Source of the DNA: Selaginella moellendorffii
Taxonomy: Eukaryota; Plantae; Lycopodiophyta
Reading direction: 5' to 3'
NCBI RefSeq assembly: GCF_000143415.4
Contig: NW_003314262.1
Span: forward strand, 757,431 to 821,430
Length of the DNA: 64,000 bases
The notes beneath the pieces are model-generated. The model was not told the DNA's origin. It was given only the letters and a program-made list of their open reading frames with translations, and searched no databases. The position numbers were made by a program, and so were the translations under genes. Positions 1 through 12,174 of the stretch are shown here, piece by piece; the stretch's first letter is position 1, and every line of letters begins with the position of its first letter.

Positions 1-61
<61 letters not shown>
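1..61. repeat. (TA)n microsatellite
   Basis: Perfect TA dinucleotide run at the window start. Confidence 0.99.
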
Positions 62-67
<6 letters not shown>

Positions 68-139
68 ACAAAAACCTCCCATTACACAAAAGAGAATGTA
101 AATAAAAAAATACCAATTACTTGCTTTAGATCCTTTTTT

Positions 140-520
140 GGTTTTGACTTGGTTGGTGAAGGAAATCACACCATATGTCAAGATTCACATTCAGTAATCC
201 AATTCACTCTGGCTAGGTTAAACCCAAGAGATAGCATGTCAAAAGAGTGGGGCTTTTGGGAAAACTATAGTTATTAACTTTCATTTTTGACAGTATTAAT
301 TTGCAAAGAAGCATAGTGGATTATATACAACCAAAAAGAACAACGAAAAAAATTATATATAAAAGGTTAAATATAAGGGAAAATATTTTTCAAACAAAAT
401 TATACATGTTTTGCCAATTAGTTAAGGGTATTAAGATACTTCAGGTTTAGGTTAGCATCTTTAGATTTGTGTAGTATGGGGTTGGATGACCTCCCAAAAA
501 GTCTAAATTCAAGAATTTAT
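140..520 (+). mobile_element. Highly decayed Cassandra-type TRIM (internal region plus one LTR)
   Basis: Colinear diverged similarity to the reverse complement of the intact TRIM at 35445-36039, e.g. gaaatcacaccatatgt, gcatagtggat (PPT) and gtatgggttggatgacctcccaaaaagtctaaattca (5S C-box remnant). Confidence 0.7.
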
Positions 521-559
521 TTAAATAATACAAAACTTTTGGCTTTCTATATATATAAT

Positions 560-1020
560 ATACAAAGAATTTTACCATCTCTTATGTTGCAAGTAGTTAT
601 TATTTATTTCTTAGATTTTATCAATTTATATTTTCTAAATATATCTAGAACAATTTTGCATTCCCAACTTATGAGGTTTAGTTTAAGTGTGATAGCAAAC
701 TAGATAAATTTTCTTATATATATTTTTAATGTAAAACCAAAAGCATAATAGAAGTTCTATTATTCTTTAGTAAATTATACATGTTAGTGGCATCATTACA
801 GTTCAGATTAAAAAATTTAATTCAGTATGCAATTAAAATTAAAAATCTCCAAACTAACATATTATTTTTTGGTAGTCTATAATTCTTTGGTTTTCTGAAA
901 ATTCAATTGCTTTTAAAACATGGTAGCAATCTTGTGGATGTGTTTAGGGGTGTGTACCTCTTTATAAAAGCAATAAAAGATTCAATTTCAAATTTAATGA
1001 TGATAAAAAAATGACCTTAT
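560..1020 (+). repeat. Dispersed AT-rich repeat, copy 1 (decayed unknown ORF)
   Basis: Shares taatagaa(g/a)ttctattattcttt...ctccaaactaa...caattgcttttaaa...aaatttaatgatga with 8780-9380 and 11230-11890. Confidence 0.8.
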
Positions 1021-1129
1021 AGTACTCACCCAACCAGCATATAATTCCCTTCACTTCCAACTCCCAATTCAAATAGGCATATCATTGTTCCTCTTTCCTT
1101 TCTAATGCATGATCTTACACTTTTTGCAG

Positions 1130-3533
1130 CAATAGTTGATAATGCACTCGACTAAACAACAAATGGAGTGACATTTGCTAACATAGATGTTCTCAAGAAT
1201 CCAATTAATGGCATGCCAATGCTTCTGTTTGAAGGTTTGTAAGACATTTCTTTTTCCTTTTTTCTTTCTTTATGCAAGTAACACTGTATTTGTTAATTTA
1301 GACAATGGTGGACTCTTGATCATTTGTGATAATGTATTTCCTTTGGGTATTCTGTACATGACACAGCCAATAGAACAATTGGACAATGTAAATGCCAACT
1401 TTTTCTTTTTTTAACATTTTTTGATATTATTACTTATACTACCAGATGGAAATGGTTTCAAGACAAGTACAATATGCCTTGGTGTAGATGTCATTGTATT
1501 TTCAAAATCAAACACTATAGTAGTTGACAGGTGTAAGAGTTTACTGCCATATTTTTTGCCACTTTATTTAACATTGTGTACAGATTTATACAAAGTGTGG
1601 GATTACTCTTTTATAGCTTCCTCCATGATACAGTGCAACAAGATATTGTAGTTCCAATGGTTTTGAGTGGATAAATTCTCTTAGATGTCTATTCATCACA
1701 TTGTTCATATTTGCAGCTAGATTATGAAGGATATGAGCATGAGTTAAAAGAGATCCATAAAGGTACACATCAAAAATTCGTATGGACGTAATCACAAATA
1801 GAGTTCTTATCAAAATGAAGGATCTATTCATAGCCAAGTAAGTACTCTAGATCAATAATCTTGAGTTATGTGTCTCTAGTATTCAAGTTCAAGAAAATTA
1901 ACGGCCAAGGGACAAGAATAATTATCTATAATCTATGGGAGAATGACCAGTAACAAATTGAATTAGACTTCAAATCTGATCCTCATGTATGTTTTATATT
2001 TTAAAAGTTTACTTTGCTGATACCCATCAAGGATATCTGAATTATAAATGGTCAACATAACATACAATGTGAAATGGCAAATAAATATTCCAATATAAAA
2101 CACTTTTTCCTGTACAAAAGTTCTCTATGGGTAAGAAAAAATTTAAAATACACTTTCTCATCCATTCAGGTTTGCAAGTACATATTTTAATGTTGTATTT
2201 GCATCTACCAGAAAACTTCAAGATCACTCTTTGAAATCAAGAAGTTGAACACTCTGACATAAGAAGTGATGTAATGCATACAGAGCAATTTAATTTTAAG
2301 ATTCAAAATAATTTAAAAGTAGTTGTCCCTTTTGTTCAAATTTTCTTTGATATTTATTCATCTTTGAATGTAGATGTCTACAAAAGTACACTTTTGGTAC
2401 ACACAACAAATAGATATACAAGGATTTAATGTCTACCACAAAAATCAACTTATTAAGGTATCCCATCATTTAGAAAGATCATTTTTCTCATTCAATATAT
2501 GATAGCCCTTTTGGAAAATATGGAATTCATCACGAAAACAAGGGCGATGTGTCTATGGCAAGTTTTATTATTCTACTATTGGTCTTTGATACATTCTTTA
2601 AGGTTGTTTAGGAGTTTTGGAAGCAAACTTTGTGGAGCCCACTCATGATAAACAAGGATTTGAAAGGACACCTATTGTTCAACGATTAGAGCATCAACTG
2701 CAAATAATGCAGAAAAGATTATGGTTAGCTTGCTTGTTTATACCTTTTTAATAAGTTCTTTTTCTGCACAGGAAGGACTTTCAGAAAAAGCAGACCAAGA
2801 GACCAGTTGCTGATGTTGCTTTTGCTACTGAGAAAAGGAACATGATGCATAAAGAAAAAAATTTATACCGATTTCAGAATGAACAACAAATAGAACATCT
2901 TCACAGTAGAACCTTTTAACACTAGAATGATGTTTTTTGCTAAAATATATTCATAAGATGCTAATCATTGTCCTTAGATGGCAAGGACACAGAACCTTTT
3001 CAAAGAAAAGCAACAAAGGCATCGGAATCTCATTTTGCTAATGAAATAGATAAGGTATTTGGTGTAAATTTGTGAGAAACATAAATTAAATATAAGCTAA
3101 CTCAAAATCTGATGAATTCCAGACTATAAAATCACAAATGACAGAGTTTCTATCAAATAAAAAACCAGACACTGAGATCACCTCCACATTGAAGGATGCT
3201 CAGCCAATACATAACTTCCCTAAACTAGCTACATTGAGGGAACTATCATTGAAGTACATATGAATTGTATCTATTACTAACTTTAAGTTTCCATTTTAAA
3301 ACGGAGGCACATCAAAAAATGGCAATTGCTGAAAACCCAAAAGAATGAACTTGATCTTCCTCTAATCCCCCGCAGACTGATTTTGTGTTTTTTTGAGCTA
3401 TATTTGTTATTATTACAGATTCAACAGCTGAACGGAATGTTAAGTCTTATCAAGCGGTGGGCTATTCAATGAGCATGATAAATATTAAAATGAGATTGAG
3501 AAAGAAGAGAAACATCGTGTCTTACAAATATTA
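1130..3533 (+). pseudogene. MORC: MORC-family GHKL ATPase pseudogene (HATPase_c plus S5 domain), intron-containing
   Basis: Spliced translation gives IVDNALD*..NGVTFANIDVLKN..MLLFE / DNGG..GYS..ANRTIGQ / GNGFKTSTICLGVDVIVFS / QSVGLLFYSFL..QDIVVPM / GTRIIIYNLWENDQ*QIELDFKSDPH / IDIQGFNVYHKNQLIK / PFWKIWNSS / GVLEANFVEPTHDKQGFERTPIVQRLE, all hallmark plant MORC motifs. It has multiple in-frame stops and frameshifts, and the N-terminal HSNATSH exon was not found. Confidence 0.92.
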
Positions 3534-4329
3534 AAAAATAGATTGAGAAAAAAAGTTATAATCTATACTATGGTCCTCTCATAATTAATTAGAATGATGG
3601 TATAAAACAAATTTCAAATTGTCAAAAAAAAAAAAAAAAACTAAAGAAATCCAAATAATACAGCTCATCCAACCGAACCAGATAGCAGCCCCATGGAAGA
3701 GGAAGTCCGTGTATGTATGGACGAGCTCCACCTATGTAACAGACCACATGACATAGTTCCTCTCCTAGGGTGAGTGTGAAGGCTTTGGATTTGGTCTGCT
3801 TTAAAGGCAAAACCAAGTAGCAAACTTTGTTGAATGGGAACCAATTTCTTAGCTTTATCAAAGTAGCGCTGGCTTTTGCACTGTTATTTTTAAATATTAT
3901 AGCTCTTCAACAATGCTTTGCAATAGTTCCCATTTCTCTACTTGGTAGATAGAAATATTGCTCTGCTGAATTACAATCAATTGGAATCTGCATAAACAAA
4001 GGCTTAAACTTGACTTTTGTGTATTTGGATTACACAACATCAACTTCTAGCATACAAGATTATACCCCGATACAGAAACAAGCATTCTTTGTGCAAAAAG
4101 AATCATCCAGCACAAGGCCATTATCGCAGTCATACACTAGAAACCATGAAGAAACCAGGAGGAAGAGCGATACAATATGGAAGAAAATGCAAGATAACTG
4201 ACACAGTTCAAGCAGTGTACATGGATGAGAGCGGAAGAGGTGAAGCAGTACAAGGACTTCCGTCCACAACAAGCCATACAGTTGGCAACAGCAATTTTGC
4301 ATGATTGTTTATGTCTGGTGCTGCTACAG

Positions 4330-4489
4330 GTCGAGCATTTGACAGGGGTACCAGGGTAGTGGAGTAGACTTGCTTTACGACACCCTGAACAAGATCAATG
4401 AGGAGACTGAATTTTCACGTACCGTTTGTCTCTTCCAGCTTAACGGCTGGGGTAGGTCGAGGGTGGTTCGAGAGTTATATCAGAAACAG
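4330..4489 (+). pseudogene. Isolated exon-like fragment with degenerate P-loop (Walker A)
   Basis: ag...gt bounded segment translating YQGSGVDLLYDTLNKINEETEFSRTVCLFQLNGWGRSRVVREL, which resembles the QSSGxGKSRxxxEL NTPase motif. Confidence 0.3.
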
Positions 4490-5029
4490 GTGTGGATCAT
4501 TTACTTGTCGCTGGGTTCTAACACCTGTTATCTTCAGCCTTTAGATTTTTGAAAAGGTTTCCTTAACCGTGCAAGACAGGCACTGGGAAATGGAGATTAC
4601 GCAGGCCATCTCACATGCATGCCCTACTGTCTGGCTTATTGAATCGCATGCATTGAGCAGCTGGTTGGAGCTGGTTGGATTCGTCTGATTTTCAGATGAA
4701 GAATCAAATGAAAAAAAGAAGAAACGGAAAGTGTTTTTTCTGGGGGTTGGCTTGATCGTTCTCCCTTCGCACGCTCTGACAGACTTAAGCCTTCATTTGC
4801 CCTATAAAAGCTTAAAAACGCATCAAGTTTCTACACTACAAGTGAACGAAGATCAAACTGTTTCTCTATGGATCAAAATGGTGTTCAGTAATTGCGTTTG
4901 TAACCAGCAAGTGTGGCTGGAATTCGAGTGTTGGAAGATGCATCAGACACAGTTTTGTGCTTATCTGGACGCAATCCGTTTCCGTGGGCGTTGTAATCCT
5001 CTTTGGTCCTTATAACCTTGGTAACAAAG

Positions 5030-5295
5030 GGAAAGACCTAGAAAAACGCCTGTGACTAGACTTGGACCATACTGTGTCGGTTCTCTGTGATTTGCAAGTC
5101 ATGGAACTCCATCATCAGCGATTCATCCTTTGCCGTTGGCAGAATCAAAATAGTAAAGCAAAGATTCCTTGCGTGTTATGACTACTTTCTTGGATGTGAC
5201 GCGCTGCGCCTGGGATCCATTATGGGCAAACCACTTTGAGAAGTTTACAAAACCTGCACAGAACGTTTATGTCTTTGCTTCTGCTGGTGGCTTGG
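5030..5295 (+). pseudogene. F-box protein gene fragment
   Basis: Frame reads WTILCRFSVICKSWNSIISDSSFA (F-box C-terminal half) and later NVYVFASAGGL (typical F-box-associated motif). Frameshifted and truncated. Confidence 0.7.
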
Positions 5296-5949
5296 GATGA
5301 ATCGACAAGGCCACGATTCCTTTAAGTTTTCTAGAGCACCTGCTGGAGGGAAAGAGGAGCCGTGTATTGCCACACTGGTTATTAAACATGAAGATCAGTA
5401 GATAGTGGAAAGGGCTTTTTGCCGGTAGTGGAGAATCAGATTAAAAAAAAATGAACAAGAACTTAAGTTTCTCGAGAAGATAAACTACTTTTGTCACTAA
5501 CTCTTCTGGAGAGGGAGGAGGAAGATAAAGTCGTAATCTTTTTTCCCCACTAATACAAGAATAAATTTTATTATTTCAACCAATGCATATGCATCAAGGC
5601 AGTGATAACAACGTTGCCAACAGTTTGATAAATGTGAACATTATATAGTAGATAGCACCGAGAAACCCTATCGTGGGGGATCAGAAAGGTCAAAGAAAAT
5701 TCGAAAGAGGAACTCGTGTTGCGTGTGACGAATATAGATTCAAAGCCTGGTGCTCTGACCAAGAAGTTCTCTGTCATGGATGACAGAGAAATACTCGAGG
5801 CAATTGCATCACACCGAGTTTCAAGTTTAATAGATTCATGTGGTGCCCGTCTGAATTCGTTTGTAAAATTCCTGGACTACACTTTCCTTGAGAAAAATGG
5901 GAAACAGTAAGTGTATTTTCCTTTTGATAGAGCATTTTAAACACCAAAA

Positions 5950-6566
5950 TAGCAGCGTCTTGAGAGATCAATCACGTTTTAGTCACGAAAAACTTCCAAA
6001 TAATTGGGAGAATTCTTCTTACCTGTGGCACATTTTTCCAAAGGAAGCTGGAGAAGAACTTGAGAACCCCTGCATGAAGATCAAAGGTCCATAAGTAACC
6101 GAAAGCTCACTCGCTCTTCAGCACCATCAACCTTTTACATTTAGGACGGAGAACGCTTGTCTATAAGCTCCTGGGAGAATGTCCATAGCTTGTGAGCGAG
6201 CTCGGGATCTCTGCCATAAGCGCTACAGCTGGATTTGTTGGAATCCACGAAGTATTGCCCGGTGACGTCCTTGAGGCTTGGATGTAAAGCCATGTAGCAC
6301 GTCGTAGCAGCGTCCTGAGAGATCAATCACGTTTTAGCCACGAAAAACTTCGAGATAATTGGGAGAATTCTTCTTACCTGTGGCACATTTTTCCAAAGGA
6401 AGCTGGAGAAGAACTTGAGAACCCCTGCATGAAGATCAAAGGTCCATAAGTAACCGAAAGCTCACTTGCTCTTTAGCGCCATCAACCTTTTACCTTTAGG
6501 ACGGAGAACGCTTGTCTATAAGCTCCTGGGAGAAGTCCATAGCTTGTGAGCGAGCTCGGGATCTCT
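5950..6566 (-). pseudogene. Inverted tandem concatemer (~1.7 units of ~355 bp) of the last two exons of a TIC32-like SDR
   Basis: ORF 6141-6326 gives DAATTCYMALHPSLKDVTGQYFVDSN...KLWTFSQELI. The unit recurs with ~355-bp period (gaaagctcac at 6101 and 6456) and is the reverse complement of 7150-7490. Confidence 0.9.
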
Positions 6567-6629
6567 TTTAAGAAACGGTTATTATGGCTGTTCACAAGCC
6601 ACCAGCGACTTGTGAACCTCTAGATATTA

Positions 6630-7469
6630 CGCTACAAACCATCTGTGGGTAGTCTTGACTCTTTTCTTTCATTTGTTGTGATTTCTAAGCCATTTTCTTT
6701 TCACAAACTTGCTCCTGGACAAAATGATGGAGACCACTAAGGAAAGTGGCATCCAGTGAAGAATTGTCAACCTCTCCTCCATCACACTTACAGCGGTGGA
6801 ATCCAGTTCTCACACCTTAATGACAAAGCCTGGTACCAAACGACTTTCTTTTCTCGTGAGCTTATTACATTCTTCCTTTTTTCTTCCAAAAGGTACTCAA
6901 ACACTAGAGCATACAGTCAATCCAAGCTCGTGAACATCCTCCATGCCAAAGAACTGGCAATGAGATTCAAGGTATTTGTCTAATGCTTTGAAATCTCTCC
7001 CACCTTTCTCTTTCGTCAATGCTTTCTCTTTCGCTGATTATGCCGAAGGAGTTGACATCACAGCCAATGCTGTTCACCGGGGTTTATAATGTCGCCTTTG
7101 ATGCGGCACACATTCTACATAATGAGTTTGTCTGTTAGCCTCGTCATTGTTTTCGGTTACTTATGGAACTTTGATCTTCATGCAGGGTTTCTCAAGTTCT
7201 TCTCCAGCTTCCTTTGGAAAAATGTGCCACAGGTAAGAAGAATTCTCCCAATTATCTGGAAGTTTTTCGTGACTAATACGTGATCGATCTCTCAGGGCGC
7301 TGCTACGACGTGCTACACGGCTTTACATCCAAGCCTCAAGGACGTCACCGGGCAATACTTCGTGGATTCCAACAAATCCAACTGTAGCACTTATGGCAGA
7401 GATCCCGAGCTCGCTCACAAGCTATGGACCTTCTCCCAGGAGCTTATAGACAAGCATTCTCTGTCCTAA
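6630..7469 (+). pseudogene. Short-chain dehydrogenase/reductase (TIC32/RDH12-like) 3' half pseudogene
   Basis: Exons ATNHL / HFLFTNLLLDKM..SGIQ*RIVNLSS / YSNTRAYSQSKLVNILHAKELA (YxxxK) / GVDITANAVH / GAATTCYTALHPSLKDVTGQYF. Has a stop and frameshifts, and no N-terminal TGxxxGIG exon. Confidence 0.9.
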
Positions 7470-7492
7470 AGGTAAAAGGTTGATGGTGCTAG

Positions 7493-7790
7493 AACTGCCT
7501 TCACTGCCTCGTTCACGCTCTTCTCCACTATAGCTGCCGACGACTTGGATATCATGGGCCTGATGGACGTGTCATCTTGGCGAGGATCTCCACCTTTGAG
7601 TTTCTTAGGCAGCAATCAATGCGGCCTTCACCTACACAACCAGCACCAGATACATTAGATCAAAGCTTGATTTGAGAACAAAGAATATGATAGAATTTAA
7701 ATACGAGTGTCAGATACCTCCTTGTAAAGGCCACCTCTCATGTAAAGATGCTGCATGTGAATACACAACTGGCTGCTTTGATAGAATCCC
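7493..7790 (-). pseudogene. Aldehyde dehydrogenase fragment (ALDH21-like), two exons
   Basis: Minus strand GFYQSSQLCIHMQHLYMRGGLYKE | intron 7632-7717 | VKAALIAA..KKLKGGDPRQDDTSIRPMISKSSAAIVEKSVNEAVKA matches the ALDH catalytic-Cys region and the GDP...GPMIS motif. The ALDH21 subfamily call is from memory. Confidence 0.82.
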
Positions 7791-8779
7791 TTGTGGTGTT
7801 TTTGTTATATATGCTAAGTCCATTTACAATATCAACATATTCCCACCTCAACTCCAAGGATGTAGATAGTGGCAATAGAATTTAAGTGTTATAGATGGAT
7901 TTTACAAGATGAGAAATATATAAACCATTATTGAATCGTAAATTTGAGTATCAAAAAAACAAAAGTATAGATTTTTTTAGTTAAAAACCAGATAGTGGAG
8001 TATTTGAAAGAAAAAAGAAAATAAAAGAGTGGTAATGTTTTCAAATATAAATTACTAATTATCTTACAAACTAATTTATTTTTCTATTCAGAGAAATTGT
8101 TGATGATATAAATATCCAAAACATGCATATAGTTGAGGAAATTTAAAAAATGTGATTAGTTTTGGAGGATTTGTATAAGTATAATTAATTTTTTAAATCA
8201 TATTTAGTCTTCAAGAGTAGAGTTTTCTAACATTCATCTTAAAATAAAAATACATCATACCTGTAAATATTATTTTTATAAATTTTTTGATAGATAATTG
8301 TTATACTTGAGTTAAATGTCAATAATATATTTTATATTATTTTAAAATTATATTAAATATCAATATATTTTTTGTTCACATAGCAAAATGATATCTAACT
8401 ATACAATTTTAACTTTTAATATTCTTTAAAATTTAAGAATAAACAATGTAAATTTTAATACAATAAAATAATGAAGTATTGAGAGTAGAATGCAATAGTA
8501 AGACTTTAATCACAAATGATAAATTTTACTACTACAATTTTTCTTCTAAAATAAAAATGTAACAATAAATAATTAAATATTTATATTTTTTATATGACAT
8601 TATATAGCTTTTTATAAAAAATATATCAGCATTAATATTTACATAGTAATGTGTCTGATCCATATTTATATTTAAATGATTAATATTTATTAATATATTT
8701 TAAGAATGTAATAATGTGTCCCTTTATATAATTTTTGAATAGTAAGTAGTGTTGAATCATTTAATAGTAATTTTTAAAT

Positions 8780-9380
8780 TGGAATGAATAGTTTTATCAT
8801 AAAGCATTAGTACTAGTTTGTCCTAATACAAACATTATATCTCCAATATAATTATTATATTTGGATGTACCTCTTTTCAAACATCTATAATGTAGTGTGA
8901 ATATCTAGACACATTTACTTATGTATATTTTTAAATATAAAAAAGACACATAATAGAAATTCTATTATTCTTTTGTAAACTATGAAATTTAGAGGCACCA
9001 TTACAATTCAGATAAAAAGTTTATGCAATAAAAATTATAATTTCTCCAAACTAACCTTTTAATTTTTGGTAGTATATAATTCTTTGGCTTTGTGAAAACT
9101 CAATTGCTTTTAAAGCCTGACAGCAATCTTCTAGATGTGTTTAGGATTTTGTAGCTTTTGATAAAGGTAATTAAAAAATTTAAATTCAAATTTAATGATG
9201 ATTAAAAATTGATCTTATCTTCCCCAACACTTGCATTATTATCTCACTGTGTTATTGTCCATTTCTCTGGAGATGAATAGTAGCAAAGTTAAGCTAAATT
9301 TAACCTTGTATACAATCAGAATTTCTAATATTGTAAAATTTGAAAAAGAAGATCTATTTATCTTGGGTATGCTATATCTC
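8780..9380 (+). repeat. Dispersed AT-rich repeat, copy 2
   Basis: Colinear with 560-1020 and 11230-11890. Ends in tcttgggtatgctatatctc. Confidence 0.8.
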
Positions 9381-11229
9381 CTAGCAGATATTTCAGCATA
9401 CTCTTTCTCCTATAGAATGAAATCTTTATAAAAAAAAGAGTACTTGATTGATTTTATACTACATTACGAAAATTAAACATAATTTTTCTGCACAAAGATG
9501 GTATGTAGTAGACAGAATAGAAAATATACTTTAAATTTAAAATTATTTGAAAACATTTAATGGAAAAAAATATATATTAAAGTAGAATATAAAAAAGTTA
9601 GTGTCTATAAGAATATCTTATATTCTAATTGAAAATAGAGGATTTAATAGTTCCAACTATTTCTTCTGTATAATAATTTAATTTTTATCAGTAATTTAAT
9701 GGTACTTAATAAAACATAAGTTAAATTAAATCTCTAAATAACTCATCTGGTCATGGGATTCCATAGTGAGTTATTCCATTTATAGAAAAGCTAGAACTTC
9801 ACTCAACAATCAAAGTTTTAAATGTTATATAATGTTATGAGTTATATTTATTATGTTATGATGTGTGATAATGATAGAGTCAATTCTAGGTGGGATTTTT
9901 AATATAAAGATTATATGATGTTTAAATATGCATGTTATCATTATGAATATATTAAAAACTAAAATTACAATTACAACTCTTTGAAATTATTAAGACATTA
10001 GTAATAAAAACAATACTCCCAGCGTAGGTGAGGCTTTAATAACTAATTTTCATTTCTCCCAGCATCGATAATGTTATTGCTATATATTAAATATAGTAAC
10101 ATTTAAAAATATAATAATATCATTTATTTATCATCAATATATTTATCATCATATATTTATCAATTTAAATGCTAGATCTAACTTTATTAAAAATATTAAT
10201 CTTTTTTATAATTGATATCTATTTATAATCATGTTCTCATATAGATGATAGCGGTTTTTAAAAAATTAATTGTAATTATATTTTGAACTGAAATTTTTGT
10301 ATATTTTTAGCAATTTATAATTTAAAATCCATTGCCTAAAGACAATCTTGAATAAAATATTTGCAAGTTTTAAAGTTTATTAAAGCTTTCAAAGTCATCA
10401 CATCTATAAGCTTTTATAATCATAACTTCTAGCATTATATCACCTAAATATCATCTTCATAAAGTGTAGTTTATTATTTGCAACTTTATTCCTAACAATC
10501 TAGATATTTAATTGTGAGTTGTTCTACAAATTTCTAACCTGAATCTCTTCTCATAAGAACTTCATTTAGACCACTCCTTTTAACATTTTAACTTCTATTT
10601 GTATAAAATTTCTTCTAAATTTTTCTTTCTCAAGTATTTTATCTCTTCATCATTTAAATTCCATAGTAGTTAATATTATAAGGTAGAAAATGTCTTACAC
10701 ACTCTTGATTTATTGGTAAAGCATGTTCTATATTATTGGTGTATGAATATTTTTTATTTTTTAAAACAGCTAATAAAATTATTTTTAAAAATATTATTTC
10801 TATATTTCCCAGAGGAGTTTTATTTTTCTCATAAATGTGATATATAATTTTTCTCTATTTAGAAACCATTAACCTTTTATCTTTTAAATACTTAATTTAC
10901 CATTTTGGAGTAACAAGATATTTTCCTTATGTTCTGATAGCAATTGAGATAATAAATATGCAGAAAAAATCTAGACCAAGATCAAAAGACTTATGTAAAC
11001 CATATGGTTTAACAATAGAAAATAAATCATTGTGTCAACATTGAGGCAAAAGATAAAACTCATGTAAAGCTGCTGGTAGATTTAAGTAAGGTTATGAGCA
11101 AGAAGACTAATTAAAAACATAAAAGACTTTGCTAATTTTTTAGATATTATTAAGAAATGGATTTGATATTTGTATGTGTATGAGATATCTTATACCATAT
11201 TAGATACCCTGTCATATATGAGACATGAA

Positions 11230-11890
11230 TTCATAGTTTTATCATTAAGCTTTAATACAGATTTGTCTTAATACGTAAATTATATCTCTGATGTAATTAT
11301 TATATTTGGATGAAGATAAAAGAATATTAGTTTGATTTAGAATCTAAAATGTAAACTATTCTCCACTGTTGGCTTATGAGGTTTAATATAATTATGGTAG
11401 CAAGCTAGATACATTTATTTATGTATGTTTAAAATCTAAAACCCAACAGATAATAGAAATTCTATTATTCTTTAGTAAAATATGAATGTTAGAGGCATCA
11501 TTATAGTTCATATAAAAAGAATTTAACTCAGTATGCAATTAAAATTAAAATTTCTCCAAACTAAGCTATTTGTTTTTTGGTAGTCTATGATTTTTTTGTT
11601 TTGTGAAAACTCAAGTGGTTTTCAAGCAAGGCAAAAATCCTGCATGTGTGTTTAGGGTTGTGCACCTTTTTTATAAAGCAATGAAACAGCAAATTCAAAT
11701 TTATTGATGATGAAAAATGATCTTATCTTCCCCAACACTTGCATTATTATCTATTTACATTATTGTGCATTTCTTTAGAGATGAATAGCAGAAAATTTTA
11801 GATAAATCTAACTTTATATACAATCCAAATTTCTAAAATTGTAAATTTATAAAAAGAAGATTTATTTATCTTGGGTATGCTATATCTCTC
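11230..11890 (+). repeat. Dispersed AT-rich repeat, copy 3
   Basis: Colinear with copies 1 and 2. Ends in the same tcttgggtatgctatatctc. Confidence 0.8.
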
Positions 11891-12174
11891 AGAGATAAAC
11901 TATATCAAGCTCTAAAATCAAGCTTTGGATATAAGAGCTTCTCTACCAAGAGTCTAAAAATATAATTGAAAGGGGGAATAATGCATGTTATTCATCATTT
12001 CTATTGTCACTTGAATATTCACAACAGAATTATAACTTGAAATTTTTTAACACATTAATATATAACTAATTTATAGATACTTTCAGTTTATAATTTAGAT
12101 TTATTTAAAGCTATAATCTAAAGCAAAATATTTTTAATCTAAAAATACAAAATTAATTAATACAAAAATGACTT

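Noticed and set aside
1586-1837. Minus-strand 83-aa ORF and other short ORFs in 467-4300
   Set aside because: Antisense shadows of MORC exons or chance ORFs in AT-rich DNA.
3624-3640. Poly(A) tract as sign of MORC retroposition
   Set aside because: The MORC copy retains its introns and no TSD is evident.
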